Made by a program: the position numbers and the translations under genes. Positions 49,991-63,529 of a DNA stretch of 64,000 nucleotides are shown one piece after another. The DNA is taken from assembly GCF_036321535.1 (NCBI RefSeq), contig NC_087437.1, positions 84,508,001-84,572,000 on the forward strand, read 5' to 3'. Under the pieces are notes generated by a model. The model was not told where the DNA came from, did not search any database, and saw only the letters and a list, made by a program, of their open reading frames with translations. This DNA comes from Camelus dromedarius. Its lineage: Eukaryota. The stretch's first letter is position 1. Each line of letters starts with the position of its first letter.

Positions 49991-52366
49991 GACTGTTTTG
50001 CATCATTCTGAAAACAAGTATTTATATCAAATATTTAGATAATGTTTTAAACCAATAAGAGCACAATTTACTCCTGTGTAATCTTTATGCCTGCCATATT
50101 ATAATGTTTGTAACATTTCCAAGTGATAACTTTTTGCAACTCATGCTCTGCAATTAAAATCACAGACCTTTGTTTGTTCAAATAGGTTAGGTCTGGCATA
50201 AATTGAATTATATCAAACAAAAAAAAGTTCTATAAAGATTATATGTTCTTTTATGCTTTCATAACTGAATTTGATAGAACATAAAAATTTCAATACGTCT
50301 TTTTGGTCACAGTTCTGACTTATGAGCACTTGAAAATGAAGACTTAATTATAACACATAGTATGGAGAGTTTTTTTTTTTTGGCATGAGAAGATGAGTTG
50401 ACTTGGAATTGTTAGAATTTTAACAAAATAGAAACTTCAAATCTTTGACATGGCAACAAGAAATAAAGTTTTACTTGTTTAGTAAAACAAAGCAGTAAAA
50501 CACTAAAAACAAAAAAAGAAAGAAACAACAAAAAATAAGCTTCATGTTTCTTCAGGGGTGGAGAACTTTCATGCTGAACATAGATACAAGTTTGCTTTTT
50601 TTTAAAGGAGCTTTACATACTGCTATATCATCTAGCACCGTGTTACAGTGTTTTCTAAATCGATGTTAGCAACAAAATCATAAAAAAATTCTCAACAGAA
50701 TCTTGCACTTTGTTCTGCTTATTTCTCCTCTCCAAGTTTTCAGTGTCAATCACTGCCTTTTTGAGAGTCTTTGTCAAGAAATGGGTGCTAACTGTATTAT
50801 TATTCCATAAAACCTATTCATTAAGTACTTCGGTGAGAAGCTTGCTTTGTTATTATTTTCTGTTACTGTGCATGGTTGAGCTCTATGAGAGAGAGTGCCA
50901 GATCCTTAAATGCCAGTTTTAAAATAAAATAGATTTTCTTCTTATACAACACAATTTGACCCTGGAAAATGATACTGTTTATGAGACTAAAACATTGATG
51001 TGTGTTCAAAACAAATTATTAAATTACGCATTTATAGGAAAATCACAAGAATTTTCATTTTCTCATATATTCATAATATCTGGAGTACACACATAACTTA
51101 TTACATAGTGTATCTTCATGGATTTTTAAATTTGTATATAGAGTACCAGTATATAGATATTCAATAGAATATAATATAGAGTATTGAATATTTTACAAAA
51201 ATCCATGTCTTATCTCTAAAATGGAAGGCCTCATTTGAAAAATAGAAATCTCTTTCACACAGTAAGAAAAATCTTTCTCAAAGACCATATCAAAAAAGAG
51301 CTAATTTTTTGGCATATACAAGGTGTATTTATGCAGGACTATGTGTTTGAAAATATAAGAAATGCACTAAAATATTTGTAGAAAGGAAATTATCCTAATT
51401 CCCTGCAGTATTAGCATTTATAGGTAGTTTACCTAAAATCCTCCAGAATTTTTGAAACATGAAACAGAACAGATAGTGCTATTTTATAAACATTATATTA
51501 TTAGTAGGAGGAATGGCATACTCTAAGAATTATTTCTATAAGTTTATTTTATTCTACTTTGAATGTATTTGAGTTCCTGAAAACATTATGCATAAAGAGG
51601 AAGTAAAAACCAGAAGCCTCATTTAAATTTTTTTTTTTTGTTTTTAAGTAATTCCATTGTTTATTATAATGGACCATCTCAAATGATTATTCACTGATGA
51701 CATATTTGGGGGGAAATTATTTTTTTCTAGAAATTGTAGAAGATTAACAAAGAAATATCCATAAAATGTTGAAGAGTTGTTACTAAAATTATTTCTAAAA
51801 TATATAAGGAGTTTATAAAAATTTTTCTTCTCTTTCCATGTACTGGAAACTGATTGTCTTAAAACATTAGAGTTTTTTATGCTTCTCTGCTACTGGGAAA
51901 AGAAGACTTTGATTATTGGCATATCATTGTTAATGTGTCAACATATGACTTGTTTAATCATTGTTATGAAGAATAAGCTACTATATAAATGAAATGATCA
52001 GAAAAGAAATAATGAAAATGTAAATAAAAAGTGATTGTTAGATGCATGAAAAGAAGCACAAAAATTTATGATTCATGAATAATTATTGCTATTTCATTTT
52101 ATTCTCATTTTTAGTTAGAAAAATTAATTTTATATTGAAAATACCATCCTCTGATGAGTATAGAAATATTCAAGTCTTGGACAAAGTATGTAAACTCTTA
52201 GAGTTCAAAGAGATCATAAACATATCTCCCTTAATCACTATTGTAAAGATAATTGAGAGTGGCTTCTATGGTTGCTACTGATGAAGATGATGATAGAGAA
52301 TCATGATGAACATGTGGAAGTACTGTGGGTAAAGCAAAAATTTGAAAGGCACTTTAAGAATGCAAT

Positions 52367-52595
52367 TAAAAAAAAAAAAACCCAAAATCTGGAGAGGGTG
52401 TGGAGAAAAGGGAACCCTCCCTACACTGTGGATGGGAATGTAAATCAGTGCAGCCACTATATGGAAAACAATATGGAGTTTCCTTAAAAAACTAAAAATA
52501 GAGTTGCCATATGATCCAACAATCCCACTTGGCATGTATCTGGAGAAAACTCTGCTTGGAAGGGATACATGCACTCCACTGTTTGTAGCAGCAGT
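52367..52595 (+). mobile_element. Isolated internal L1 ORF2 fragment (C-terminal region)
   Basis: 'ctggagagggtgtggagaaaagggaaccctccctacactg...gccatatgatccaacaatcccact...gatacatgcactccactgtttgtagcagca'. Confidence 0.9.
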
Positions 52596-53029
52596 TCGTA
52601 GCAGCAGTGTTAATAACAATAAATACTTCAGCTTTTCAAAATGTTTATATAATCAAATGCTGGTTACAGGCTGATAAGTTTTAAGGTATATTATCACACA
52701 ACAATAGATTAATAGACTAACAATACAATAATCATCATTTCTCTTTTTAATTCCTTGTTTAGGAAACAGACTAAAAATTCCAAAATATATATTTACTTAC
52801 TGCAGATACTAGTTTCTGGTGTAAGAGCCACTGTCAAAATTTTAGTACTTCTTTCTTTACCTTTCTTTCCCCAGGGAATGCCCCTGTTAGCAATTTCTCC
52901 AAGTTTTACAGTAAGGCACATAGTCACTGGTTCTATCCCCTCACTCAGGTTAAAATTCTGGATTTCATCAAGTCTGTCCCTGCCCCTGAATAACTTACTA
53001 ACTGATATTAGCTCATTAATTATTTTCTT

Positions 53030-53800
53030 TTACTTATGATCATATATCTACGGAAACCTACTAAATTAAGGCATTGTGATTGGTTTTCCAAATGAAAAGA
53101 ATGACTTATTCCTGAATTTAGTAATATTATTGTTTAGGGGGGAAGAAACCTATTCTAACAAAAGTATGCTGGAATAAATGTAATATTAATAGTAATGATA
53201 ATAATAAAATAGTTAGTATTATATAGTTCTTACTAAGTTCCAGACATTGTTATAAAATATTTAATTTATTTTATGCCTTTCTTCAGAGAGGGGAACTTAA
53301 GTCATAGAGATTAAATAACTTGACCAAGGTCATCAATCAAGCCACTATATTATATGGCAGTGAAAAATATGCCTGAGAATTAGAAAAGTTTCATATTGGG
53401 AAGTGACATTAAAACTGGATCTTAGACCATTTAATATTAAGATGGGAAAACACAAAAGAGAAGAATGTTATGTTATTTTGAAAATTTATGACTCATTCTG
53501 GGAACTGGAAAGTTAGTAAAAAGGTAGTTTGAAATGAGGAATGGAGATTTTTTCATAATGATGACTTCAATATTAAGTCAAAGAATTACTAGAAAATATG
53601 AGAGAAATAAATTACTTAGGATGATATTAACATTGTCTTTATGAAGAATTATTGGAAAGTTGAATTAAGGCAGGAGCAGTGAAGGTGAAGAGATGGGTTT
53701 TAGAGATAATTATGAAGCTACTGACTGGATGGAATCAGAGAGTGAGACTATGGAAGGACTGAAGAATAAATACAGGGCAAGGGACCAGACAAGACATATG
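53030..53800 (-). mobile_element. L2 fragments with nested MIR (~53190-53340)
   Basis: MIR 'gaggggaacttaagtcatagagattaaataacttgaccaaggtca'. L2 'gcagtgaaggtgaagagatgggttttagagat'. Confidence 0.6.
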
Positions 53801-54699
53801 AAATATGTACATGGAAACAAATTCCTGACATGAGTTCACAAATATTGGATTCTAAGAATCTTTATTCTGTAAAGAAGAGACAATGTTCACTACCTAAAAT
53901 ATTGATTCCAGCATGTCTCACAGCAGCATTTCTTAAATTAACTATTGTAGTAGCATAATCAAATGAATACATAGGGTGTCTAGGGTCTACTTTGGGATCT
54001 TGGAGATTGAATTTCCATTAATTGTAAAATTATTTTAAACAGCATAAAAAGCTTCTCCTTTGTACATATAACTAACTGTTGTGATGGTCTAAAATATTGT
54101 GGCTTTTATATTTACTTATTATTTCAATAAACTAAGAAATGACAACTTTTCAACTCTAGTGAATATTATTTGAAAAGTAAAGTAAGTTGTCTGAAGGTAG
54201 GCAGTATAAAGTCATGAAAAAAAAAAGCATAAGAGTCTTACCCAAACTTTGCTGAAAGAGTTGAAGCATCTAGGAAATTAGTTTGAAATTTGTAGTTTAA
54301 GTGGAGATATAAAGATACATTACCTACTTAAGTGATTGTAAGTTTAACAACCAACTTTCTGCATATTATTTTGCTTCCTGTCAATATATACTTTTCAGTA
54401 GTTCTGGGATAATAATTAGGTTTCTCATAGTGAATTAGAGTTTTGTTTAAGAAGTAAGCTTTTGTGTAATTCTGCTGTTTTATCTCCTGAGCTAGTATCA
54501 AATGATAAATATTCATCATTTAATAAAGGTGACTTTAGGAGCTGTATACCGGAAGGAAGTTAATCTTACTAAATTTCAGACCTCTTTGAAACTAGGTCAG
54601 AGTAGGCAGTTTTCTTCCCTGAAGTGGAAAACTGTCTCTCCCAAAACAAACAGCTAACTGATAATTAAACATCCTGTGCTGCCATTGAAGAGGGAAAAG

Positions 54700-55460
54700 G
54701 GATGTGAACTATATTTTACTGTGCACCTGTTGTGGACCAGATAGTGTACTCACAGTTGGAGTTCATATTGGTTCTACATTAGCACACTTAGAGTAACCAC
54801 AGAGTGTAAATGGCCCATGGAAAATGTGAATTTCCAAAGACTAATTTCTAAGGAAAAGATGGCATTTAGGGAACGAGTGAAAGGAGAGGAATAGCAAAAA
54901 GAATGGAGGACTGCGGCCAGACCGTTAGGGAGGGAAAGGACAATATGATAAAGCCTAAAGAGGACAAACAAATGTGTTTGGAGGAGGAAATGGTCAACAG
55001 TATTGTTACTGAATGGTTGTGCAATCATAGCCAAAAAATATGGAGTTAATTGATGGTTAGAATTTATTAGAATATATATGTATCTCCTATCTGTCCTATC
55101 TATCTTATCTCTTTCTCTATTTATGATGGAAGTAAAATGATGGTAGCAAAATGGTAGAAGGCAAATGCAGTAGGCTAAACAAAGACTTTGAGGTATGGAG
55201 AGAAAGAAAAAAAGCATATAAAACTAATTCAGTAAGAAGTTTGGAGAGCAAAGAAGTGCTGACAGGAAATTTGGGTTACATTTTTTTTTTCTCTTTCTTA
55301 ATTAAATGTGAGACACTTTTAGATATTTGAGTTGATGGAGAGAAATCATGAAACATGAGAAATAAAGATTAATCTATAGTACACAGAGCCCCAGGGGGCA
55401 GGAGAGAGGAGCTCCAAAGTAAATATTGTTGGATTGATTGTAGATAGGCACAAGCACCTT
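54700..55460 (-). mobile_element. L2 fragment
   Basis: 'tgtttggaggaggaaatggtcaacagtattgttactgaatgg' and 'tgagacacttttagatatttgagttgatgga'. Confidence 0.6.
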
Positions 55461-56059
55461 CTAGGTTCAGTCTGCAAACATCATATATAAACATGTAAAA
55501 TCATTTTTAGGAGTAAATTCTGAATTAAGTTAATGAGCAACCATAGATACTAATTGATAAAACAATTAGGCCTGAGAAGTCTATTTGTCTTGATTGTCAA
55601 TAGTTACCTTGGAGAAGCCAACTTTCTCTCATAATGACAAAATTGAGAAGTGTTAGACCTAAAATAAATACACATCTGAGCTACTGAAATGTACTTCAAA
55701 TCTATGGCTTGTAATCAGGGCTCTAATAATAAAGCATCTTATGGGGATACTTTATCACCGAGATTTTGTTTTTACTAGGTTTTCTGAAGGTACTTTTATT
55801 TAAGGACCACATTTCTCACTACTAAATATGTTTTCAAGGTAATATGATAAAATATATTTTTCATCCTCTTTCCTATAATAAAAATATATTCAAAATAGAT
55901 AAATTGTTAAGACCTAGTAAATATTATTAACTCATCCAGTCAATAATTTGAGCATTTTTCAGATTTACTAATATAGAAATGACTAGAAGTAAAAAAAAAT
56001 ATTTTCCATAATATATATTATATTATATATATTATAGAAGAAAAAGTCAATAACTAAAA

Positions 56060-57280
56060 AGTAATATTTATTATATGATATAGTAATAATTTGTAAACTA
56101 TGTGAAGAATTTTGAAGCTTGATAAAGGAGAGAAACTGGCATTAGGGGTAAATTTTTAAATAGATGGTTGACTCTGTCTCACTGAAAAGATGACATTTTA
56201 GGATTTAAAGGAGGTGAGAGAGCAAGTCAGTCTTCTATCTAAGGAAAGAGAATTCCAAGTTTATGGCACAGCAGATGGAAAGGCCTATAGGTAGAAGGAA
56301 AACTGACTTACTCAAATAGCATAGCCAGTATGACAAGAATGGAGCAAGAAGTGTGATGAATTATAGGAAACAAAACAAGAGAAGCAACAAAAGCCAGATC
56401 CTGGAGTAATCTAGGGATCATGAAGAACATTGACTTTGTTGATACAAATAATCGATAAATGATCTATGACAGGAATAAAAAAGAGTTTTATTCAAGCCAA
56501 ACTGAGGACAATAGCCTGGGAGACACAGATTCAAGAAGCACTTGAATTGTGCTTCACCGGACTACAAAGTGTGGAAGGCTTATGTAGGCAAACTCCACAA
56601 AGTTGCATAAATTGTTTGTCAAGAATTAGGAATGGAGTTGGCAAGAAGTAAGGGTGCTTGTTAAGTAAAGATTGGTTGGCATCCAAAATGGTCGCATAGT
56701 TACAAAGGGAGACTGTAAGACGATAAAGCTGTAGCTTGTAGCAGCTAGTGGTTATTGTTTTGAAAATGGCGAGTGGTGTCCTTGAGTTTGATACAGTTCA
56801 GAAAATTCAAGTTCTCAGTGCTGCAAAAATGTGTCTGAAACCACATCCAAAATGGCCACCTGGCTCCATTTTGGATGCCTGAACCATAGTTTTATATCTT
56901 GTCAGAACAGAGAGCAAATGTCAAGCATTGAAAGGAGTACATTCCTTTAAGTTTTCAAAAAAGACAAATAATGTAATGGTACCAGTCAAGGACCACTCTT
57001 TGAGTAGCTAGGGTACAGAGCACTCATTAAAGGAGTTTTCGTGTAAAAGGTCTAGGAAAATAGTGGATCACTGAAGGCTAAATTCCAGAGGTGGATTTCC
57101 TTTAAGATGGGAGAAATAACATCATGTTTTTATGCCTATGAATAAAAATGTGATGATTTAGCAGGATAACAAAATTTCCTGGAATGCTTTGTTTCAGTGT
57201 GGAAGAGGGGTTGAGATCTAAGGCAAAAGGGGGTTGTGTTGGCTTTAACTACCAGTGAACAATTTATTTTGAATAACAGG
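56060..57280 (-). mobile_element. L2 interrupted by an ERV1 LTR
   Basis: 'tctcactgaaaagatgacatttt', 'gaattccaagtttatggcacagcagatggaaaggcct', 'tttaagatgggagaaataacatcatgttttta'. Confidence 0.7.
56437..56904 (-). mobile_element. ERV1-class solo LTR
   Basis: tgttga...tgtca ends. 'gttttattcaagccaaactgaggacaatagcctgggagaca' is an antisense AATAAA plus U5-like motif. Confidence 0.85.
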
Positions 57281-57399
57281 AAAAAATTCAGAAACATAAT
57301 AAATTAAAATTTATATTCAGATAATACAACAAATATGGAGATAACATCTATACTTTACAGCAAAATGTTACAGATTAATTAGGAGAAGACAAACAATAA

Positions 57400-58100
57400 T
57401 AGAGTGGACAAGTATGTAATTAAGTGTTACATTAAGGGGAATATCCAAATGGTTAGGAAATATGTGAATATATGCTCAGATTCACCATTATTTTAAAAAT
57501 TGCACATTAAAGAAACAATGAGCTAATATTTCTCACTCAGCAGATTGGCCAAAATCATGACTAAATGAATAAATGAATGCATGCATGTATGAATAAGTAA
57601 AATTAAAATACTTCCTGTGAATGGAATGATGAAAGTGAATAAACTTATGAATTACTAGCAAGAGTGTGAATTTTCAGAGTCATTTTAGAAAACAGTTTTT
57701 CAATATATATTAAATTATAAATAGATGTATTTTTGACCCAACAAACATACTTATAAGATGTTTTATAAATATATTATAAGCACACAACATTAAGAACGTA
57801 CACAAAACAATGCTAATTATTGCAGCATTATTGATAGAGGCACAATCTGTATGCACAGTGAATGTCCGTCCACTGACAGAAGCTTAATTAAATTCTGGTT
57901 CATCCACTTAGTGAAATATAACACAACCACAAATGACTGAATAATACCCAGGATACTAAATAAACCAATTTTTGTAAAGTAAAAAGTGACAAAAAATATA
58001 CAGTTGTATGTACATGTGTTACTGTAAGATTATAGAGTTATTTCAGATTTAAGTATTTAAACACACACTAATAGACATACACATGTGCAATACATAAAAA
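57400..58100 (+). mobile_element. L1ME-like ORF2 end / 3' UTR
   Basis: 'aatatccaaatggttaggaaatatgtgaatatatgctca', 'tctcactcagcagattggccaaaat', 'ttgcagcattattgatagagg'. Confidence 0.7.
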
Positions 58101-59259
58101 TACATGTAAAGTTTATCCCAAAATATAAACTGTGAATATCTTAGTATGATGCTATTGCGGGAAATGTTAGCTTTCATTCTTAATTTGCAGTAATTGAGCT
58201 CATTTAATATAAACAGGTAATACGCGGAACAACATTTTAAAATGTTTGAAAATATAATAGGTGAATCTAATTTCTGTATCTCTGAGGGTGACTGTGAAAA
58301 CTTATTCTTGGTCATCCTGAAAGGTAAGCCGTGAAAGATAAGAGAAACACCTGCCAAAAAAATGAGCTCTCTAAAGAAGTAAATCAAAAGGGACATATAA
58401 TATTTTATTAATGCTTTTTATTTTATATTGTTTATTTTATATTGTTACTGTAGTAAACTGCCTTTAGTTTTAAACATTAACTTATAAATTGTATAGTTTA
58501 AGAGGAAGGCAGAGAACAGATTTAAAAAAAAAGAGTAGAATAAACTAGCCCCATATAAAAAAAATATATAGGCTATTTTTATAATTTCTCTTTCTGCTGT
58601 TCCTAAGTCAGGCATGATATATTAGTCAAGTGAGGCAATCAATCAGCTTGTAAACCATGGCCATACTCATGGTCACAGCAAACACAGCTTAACAGTGGCT
58701 CTCTTTTATTATTAGAGAAGCATTTTTCTTTCCAGTTTAAACAGAGATTGCAGTTCTCATCACACATTGAGAGTCATCATACAACATATAATATAAACAA
58801 ACAGGGAAAGCTGACATAAAAATTCAAGTAGATATGGATAAGAATGAAGAATTACTCTGAATGACTTATGCTCCAAAGTGCAGTGTTCAAAATTTTTACT
58901 AGAGAATAGTAAAAATTCTCCTGAGTAACAAGTGGTTTGTGTTGTTCTATGATGTTTATACCAATATCTGTAAGAAATAAAGTTTACTATTATTTTTAGA
59001 CTATAATAAGCAAAAGATAATTTTAAGCAACATTTGTGCATTATTTGAACATTATTCATGGTTTCATTTATTAATTATGTCATAAATATGCAAAATATTT
59101 TCATACATTGTAGGCTAATAAAAGATAATGTCTTCTTCCAAAAACATATTTAACATATCTTTTATTTGAAGTTGTATTAAAATAAGATATGTAAACAAAT
59201 ATTTTGCTTTAAACTAAATTATATATCAAACAGAAAAATCTCACAGAGAAGGAAAGAGT

Positions 59260-59600
59260 TCTGTGTAAGTGGTTAAAAAAATCTGGACTATTCACCTAGA
59301 TAAACTCAGATAAGTTATTTAGCCCCTCTGGGCTGTTTTATCTTTTAAAAATTGGGGGCAATAATGTTATATTTCTAGTTTAGGGAGTTATTGTTCATAT
59401 AGTGAAATTGCAAAGAATTATACAAATTCATTAGTATGATTAAGACAGCACAGAATTGTGGTTGTGATCTCTGAAGTTAAAATTAGAAAGATCTTACTTA
59501 CCAAGTTACTTTGGCAAGTTATTTATCTTGGCCGTTTTCCTTCAATGTAACATTACAAAAGAATAAAAGAGATAATATATGCATAGCACAGTATCAGATC
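59260..59600 (+). mobile_element. Two MIR fragments
   Basis: 'gataagttatttagcccctctgggctgttttatcttttaaaaattggggg' and 'ttaccaagttactttggcaagttatttatctt'. Confidence 0.6.
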
Positions 59601-61739
59601 CAATAAATGAGACTTTCTTCCTCCTTTTTTTTCAATGTCTTGAAATACTCAGTTTTAAAATAATCTTACGGGGAGAGGTATATTATGGTCATAAAATTAA
59701 AATATACTTGTTAATCATAACTTTCATTCTGTTTGATTTGAAGGAATATTCTTTTTATCTATGTATCATTAGCCATTTTATTTGTATTTTTATATATAAC
59801 CATTCTTTTGAATACATTTTCACACAGCAGTTGGAAATACATTCCCCTTTCATTTTTTAATTTTCCCTCTTAGTTGCAACAGGGAAGTAAGTATCACATG
59901 GGGTCAGTTTTATCTTTATTTTAAACTACTTCCAAATTTTGGAAGAGAGAAGTTCATATGTTTGTTGGGTAACCAGGCTTGAAACTTGATTTGACTCTGA
60001 TATCACTGTACACAATCTAATTAAAATTGAAGTAGCCCTTTAATTGGTTTTTCAACCCTCTCTAAATATGAAGATTAAATGATAAAAATAAAGAAGTGCT
60101 AGATTTTAAATTTTGAATATTTAATATAACAATTTTTGTGCAGTTGCAAAGAATATATATGAATATATTTTGCTAATTATTATTATGACCATATATAATC
60201 AATTTGCATTTTATGTCCTTTTTTTTAAGTATATGCATTTCTTAAACTCTGAGAATTCTTAAAGGAAATGATAGATAGAATGCTACTTTCCAAGTTTTTT
60301 TTTTAAAGTTAACGTTTAAAATATGACCTGAGACAACCCTAAAAGATTAAAAAAATTTTAAAGTATTTTGTTGAATAGGGAATTAACTAATGTCTAATTC
60401 AGTTTATTCATTAATCACCAAATTGATTAAACTGATATAAGATTATTTGATTTATTTTTTATTTGTATGTGTCATCTAGATATTTTTCTTTGTTGTGGTT
60501 TGGCATGTGACTAGTCTCAGCAGAAAAAAAAGAACTCAAATGCTTTTAATAAAATTTAGGTAAAAATAAACATATTTTTAGATTTTTTTTATCATTTTAT
60601 ATTTTTTACTATTACAAAATTTATATCACCTTATAAACTTTAATAAAAGTGTTTTCTTGAAAAATAATTTTTGATATTTGAGTTTGCATATAAAAACTAA
60701 AAAGTAGTCTAAAATATCAATTAACACTAAAGTCACTGATTAGGTAAGGGGTTAATAAAGAGGGATAATATCACACCTAGTCTGATCATTGTATTTGCCT
60801 TGGGCCATTATCTAAAAACATTCTTTGAGGAATACATTATTCCAGATGGAGTAAATATAATCATTGACTTGAATATTACAAATTTGGAATTTCAGTTAGG
60901 AGTAAAGCTTGGCTAGTTAAACTTTATTTTGAAAGATACTAGTGGTCGTATAACTAAAAAGTAAATTTTAGGCATTTACTATAAATGGACCATAATGCTA
61001 AAATAAACCAAAGCAATGTTCAAACTACAGTCTCTGATTTTTTTTTTTTTTAGGCAATAGGGTCTCAAAAAGTACAAGACCATGAAAGAACTATTAAATG
61101 GTAAAATTCAGCAAAATTAATTTACAATATGCAATCATGAACTCTGAGGGTTACCTATATTGTTACAAACAGATCTATGACATATATATGAAGAATAATT
61201 TCGTCTTTTGAAGTCAGTCTTTCAGAAGAAGAACATTTCTTTACATTTATTATTCTTTATTTTTTACTTGAAAAAAAACTTTAATGTTTGAATTTGAAAT
61301 TAAAAGTCAACAGCCAGCTTAACAGTTTATTATTGATATAAAATTGAGGATCAGAAGAAAATATTTCCAAATGTCAAGTCCTAGAATCAATCTAAGGTAT
61401 ATGTATGTCTGATGAAGTATTTTGTTGTAAAAGAGGTGATTGAGGGGGTTTGGTCTACAAACTTTGTCTTGGATTTTTAAATTTATATATGAATTATTTG
61501 TGAAATAATGATTGCTTAAAACTCTTTTAAATCCATACAAAACCTAGTTTATAACTGAACTGTGAAAAGCTGTATACACTTTTGTTTTCTTGTAATTATG
61601 TCAGCATTTATTCCCAACTAAATTTTTTTTTAGAGCAGAAACAGCTCTGTCTGTTTTTTCAAGACTTAGAAAAAGAGGTTTGTCAATAAATATTTCTTAA
61701 ATAGACTTCTTTTTCTTGAGCACACATAAATCATTTTAA

Positions 61740-61870
61740 TTAACTGTTAAAAGAGAAATAATAGGCAACATATAACTAAACATTTACCACATAAGAGATA
61801 GCATGCTAAACTTGTAACAAATACTGTCTCATTTAATCCCTACAATAATTATTTGAGGTATTATTAATCA
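61740..61870 (-). mobile_element. MIR fragment
   Basis: 'tgtctcatttaatccctacaataattatttgaggtattatta'. Confidence 0.6.
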
Positions 61871-61939
61871 AGTTAAGGTTTTGGGTGGCTAAAATTTACA
61901 GAAAACTAAAAGTAACAGTAAGTTAAAAATGCTTATTTC

Positions 61940-62270
61940 CCTCAAAAATGACTGAAGAATGTACAAGGCAATTCTGTTCCATAATTCCTCACAAACCCAG
62001 GCTCCTTCCACCTGACTATTTCATGGTGAGTGGCTGGGGACATGGAGTATTGTGGTTGGGGTTGGGAAGGAAGGATGGGAAGAAAGCGATGAGGAAGAAG
62101 CAGCAAAAGGGGGTTGAACAAGCAAATATCTAGAAACAGATACATGGCAGCTTTCATTTGTCAGAACTTAGCCACATAAATAGATATAAGAGAAGGAAAA
62201 AGTAAGAAATGCAGTCTTCATTTTGGAAGATCAGATATTCAGAAAAAAAATTATCTTTGTATTACAGGAG
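61940..62270 (-). mobile_element. MLT1 LTR fragment
   Basis: 'acccaggctccttccacctga', 'cagaacttagccacat', 'aatgcagtcttcattttgg'. Confidence 0.65.
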
Positions 62271-62490
62271 CAAAAGAATATTGGTGGACAATGGGTACAC
62301 TTATTAATATATTTTAAGAAGATAATCAAGAGGTGGAAAATTATAATTTCCTAAAGTTGAAACAATTAAATGATAGAGTGCTTTCAAATACAGAAAGTTT
62401 ATCTGAGGTTTATTAACTGTTTTGCCTTTAAAAAGATACGTTTTTTCACTTAGAAATTCTGATGACTTCACGTTGGATTGATTGATTTGC

Positions 62491-62636
62491 TTTTTTTTTT
62501 TTTTTTTTTTTTTTGGTAGGGGTAGGTAATTAGAATTTATTTACTTATTTATTCTTAAAGGAGGTTCCAGGGATTGAACCCAGAACCTCATATATTCTAA
62601 GCATGCACTCTACCATGTAAGCTATACCCTACCCCC
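62491..62636 (-). mobile_element. Camelid tRNA-derived SINE (Vic-1-like)
   Basis: T24 tail, then 'ggtaattag..ttatttacttatttatt..ggaggttccagggattgaacccagaacctca...gcatgcactctacca..agctataccctaccccc'. TSD core tggatt. Confidence 0.9.
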
Positions 62637-63529
62637 TGGATTTATTTTTATCTTTTGTGTTGATGGTTACCAGAATTACAATGGGAAAGAATGTCACTTG
62701 TAAAAAGTGAAACAGAAAAACCTCTCAAAGAATAATAAACACCCTAATCCTACCAATCAGAAACAACAATTGCTATTGATTTTGGGTGCATTACCTTTTA
62801 AACTGTTAGTCACTCTGTGTGTTCTTCATGGTCTGTCACATAGAAAGAAATTAAAACTTTAGAAAATCAAATTTTAGTTTTAAGTTGTACTACATAACTC
62901 ATTAATTTGTGGCAAATATTCTTATTATGTATATAGACTTTTCAACATACTTCACTGTAGTGCTTAAGTAGGTAATCAATAAAAAAGTAAAATGTAAAAA
63001 GTATACAATATTAAATGATAGGTGAGGTGGAAAGAACAAGTAGTTGAACTTAAGTGGTGCTTAGTTATAAAAGACTCAATTTCTTCTGAGAATCCAAGCA
63101 TTTCATTACTTTCTCTATATTTAGTAAAAATGATTTGACATATATTTTAATTCAGAATATTTTGCTAATTCCCAGGAAAATCTGAGTACATGTATTACTC
63201 GCCAAATCTAAATTAATGCATTTTCCAGCCTCATCACAATATGTGCTTGCATAAATTCAAGATGTTTGTGTCAAGATCTTCTTGTTCCAATGCACCTCTT
63301 TGAAAGAAGTCTGTGAACAGTACATAAGAAAAGTGATTTATTATATAACTGCACTTCATGACATACAATTTGAACAAGTTGCTTCATTCATTGTAGTAAT
63401 GATGACATGATATTTATGGTTCCCACTTTAAAATTTGATAATTGAATTATCGTTCTTAGTAATTTAGCATATACATTAGACGTTACTAACATTTACGACT
63501 ATCCAGATTTTCTCTTCTTCCTGAGCACT

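Noticed and set aside
52272..52619. Overlapping ORFs on both strands
   Set aside because: Sense and antisense translations of an L1 ORF2 fragment.
54774..55217. Longest ORF in the track (147 aa)
   Set aside because: Lies within a degenerate L2. Hydrophobic low-complexity composition, no recognisable domain or splice context.
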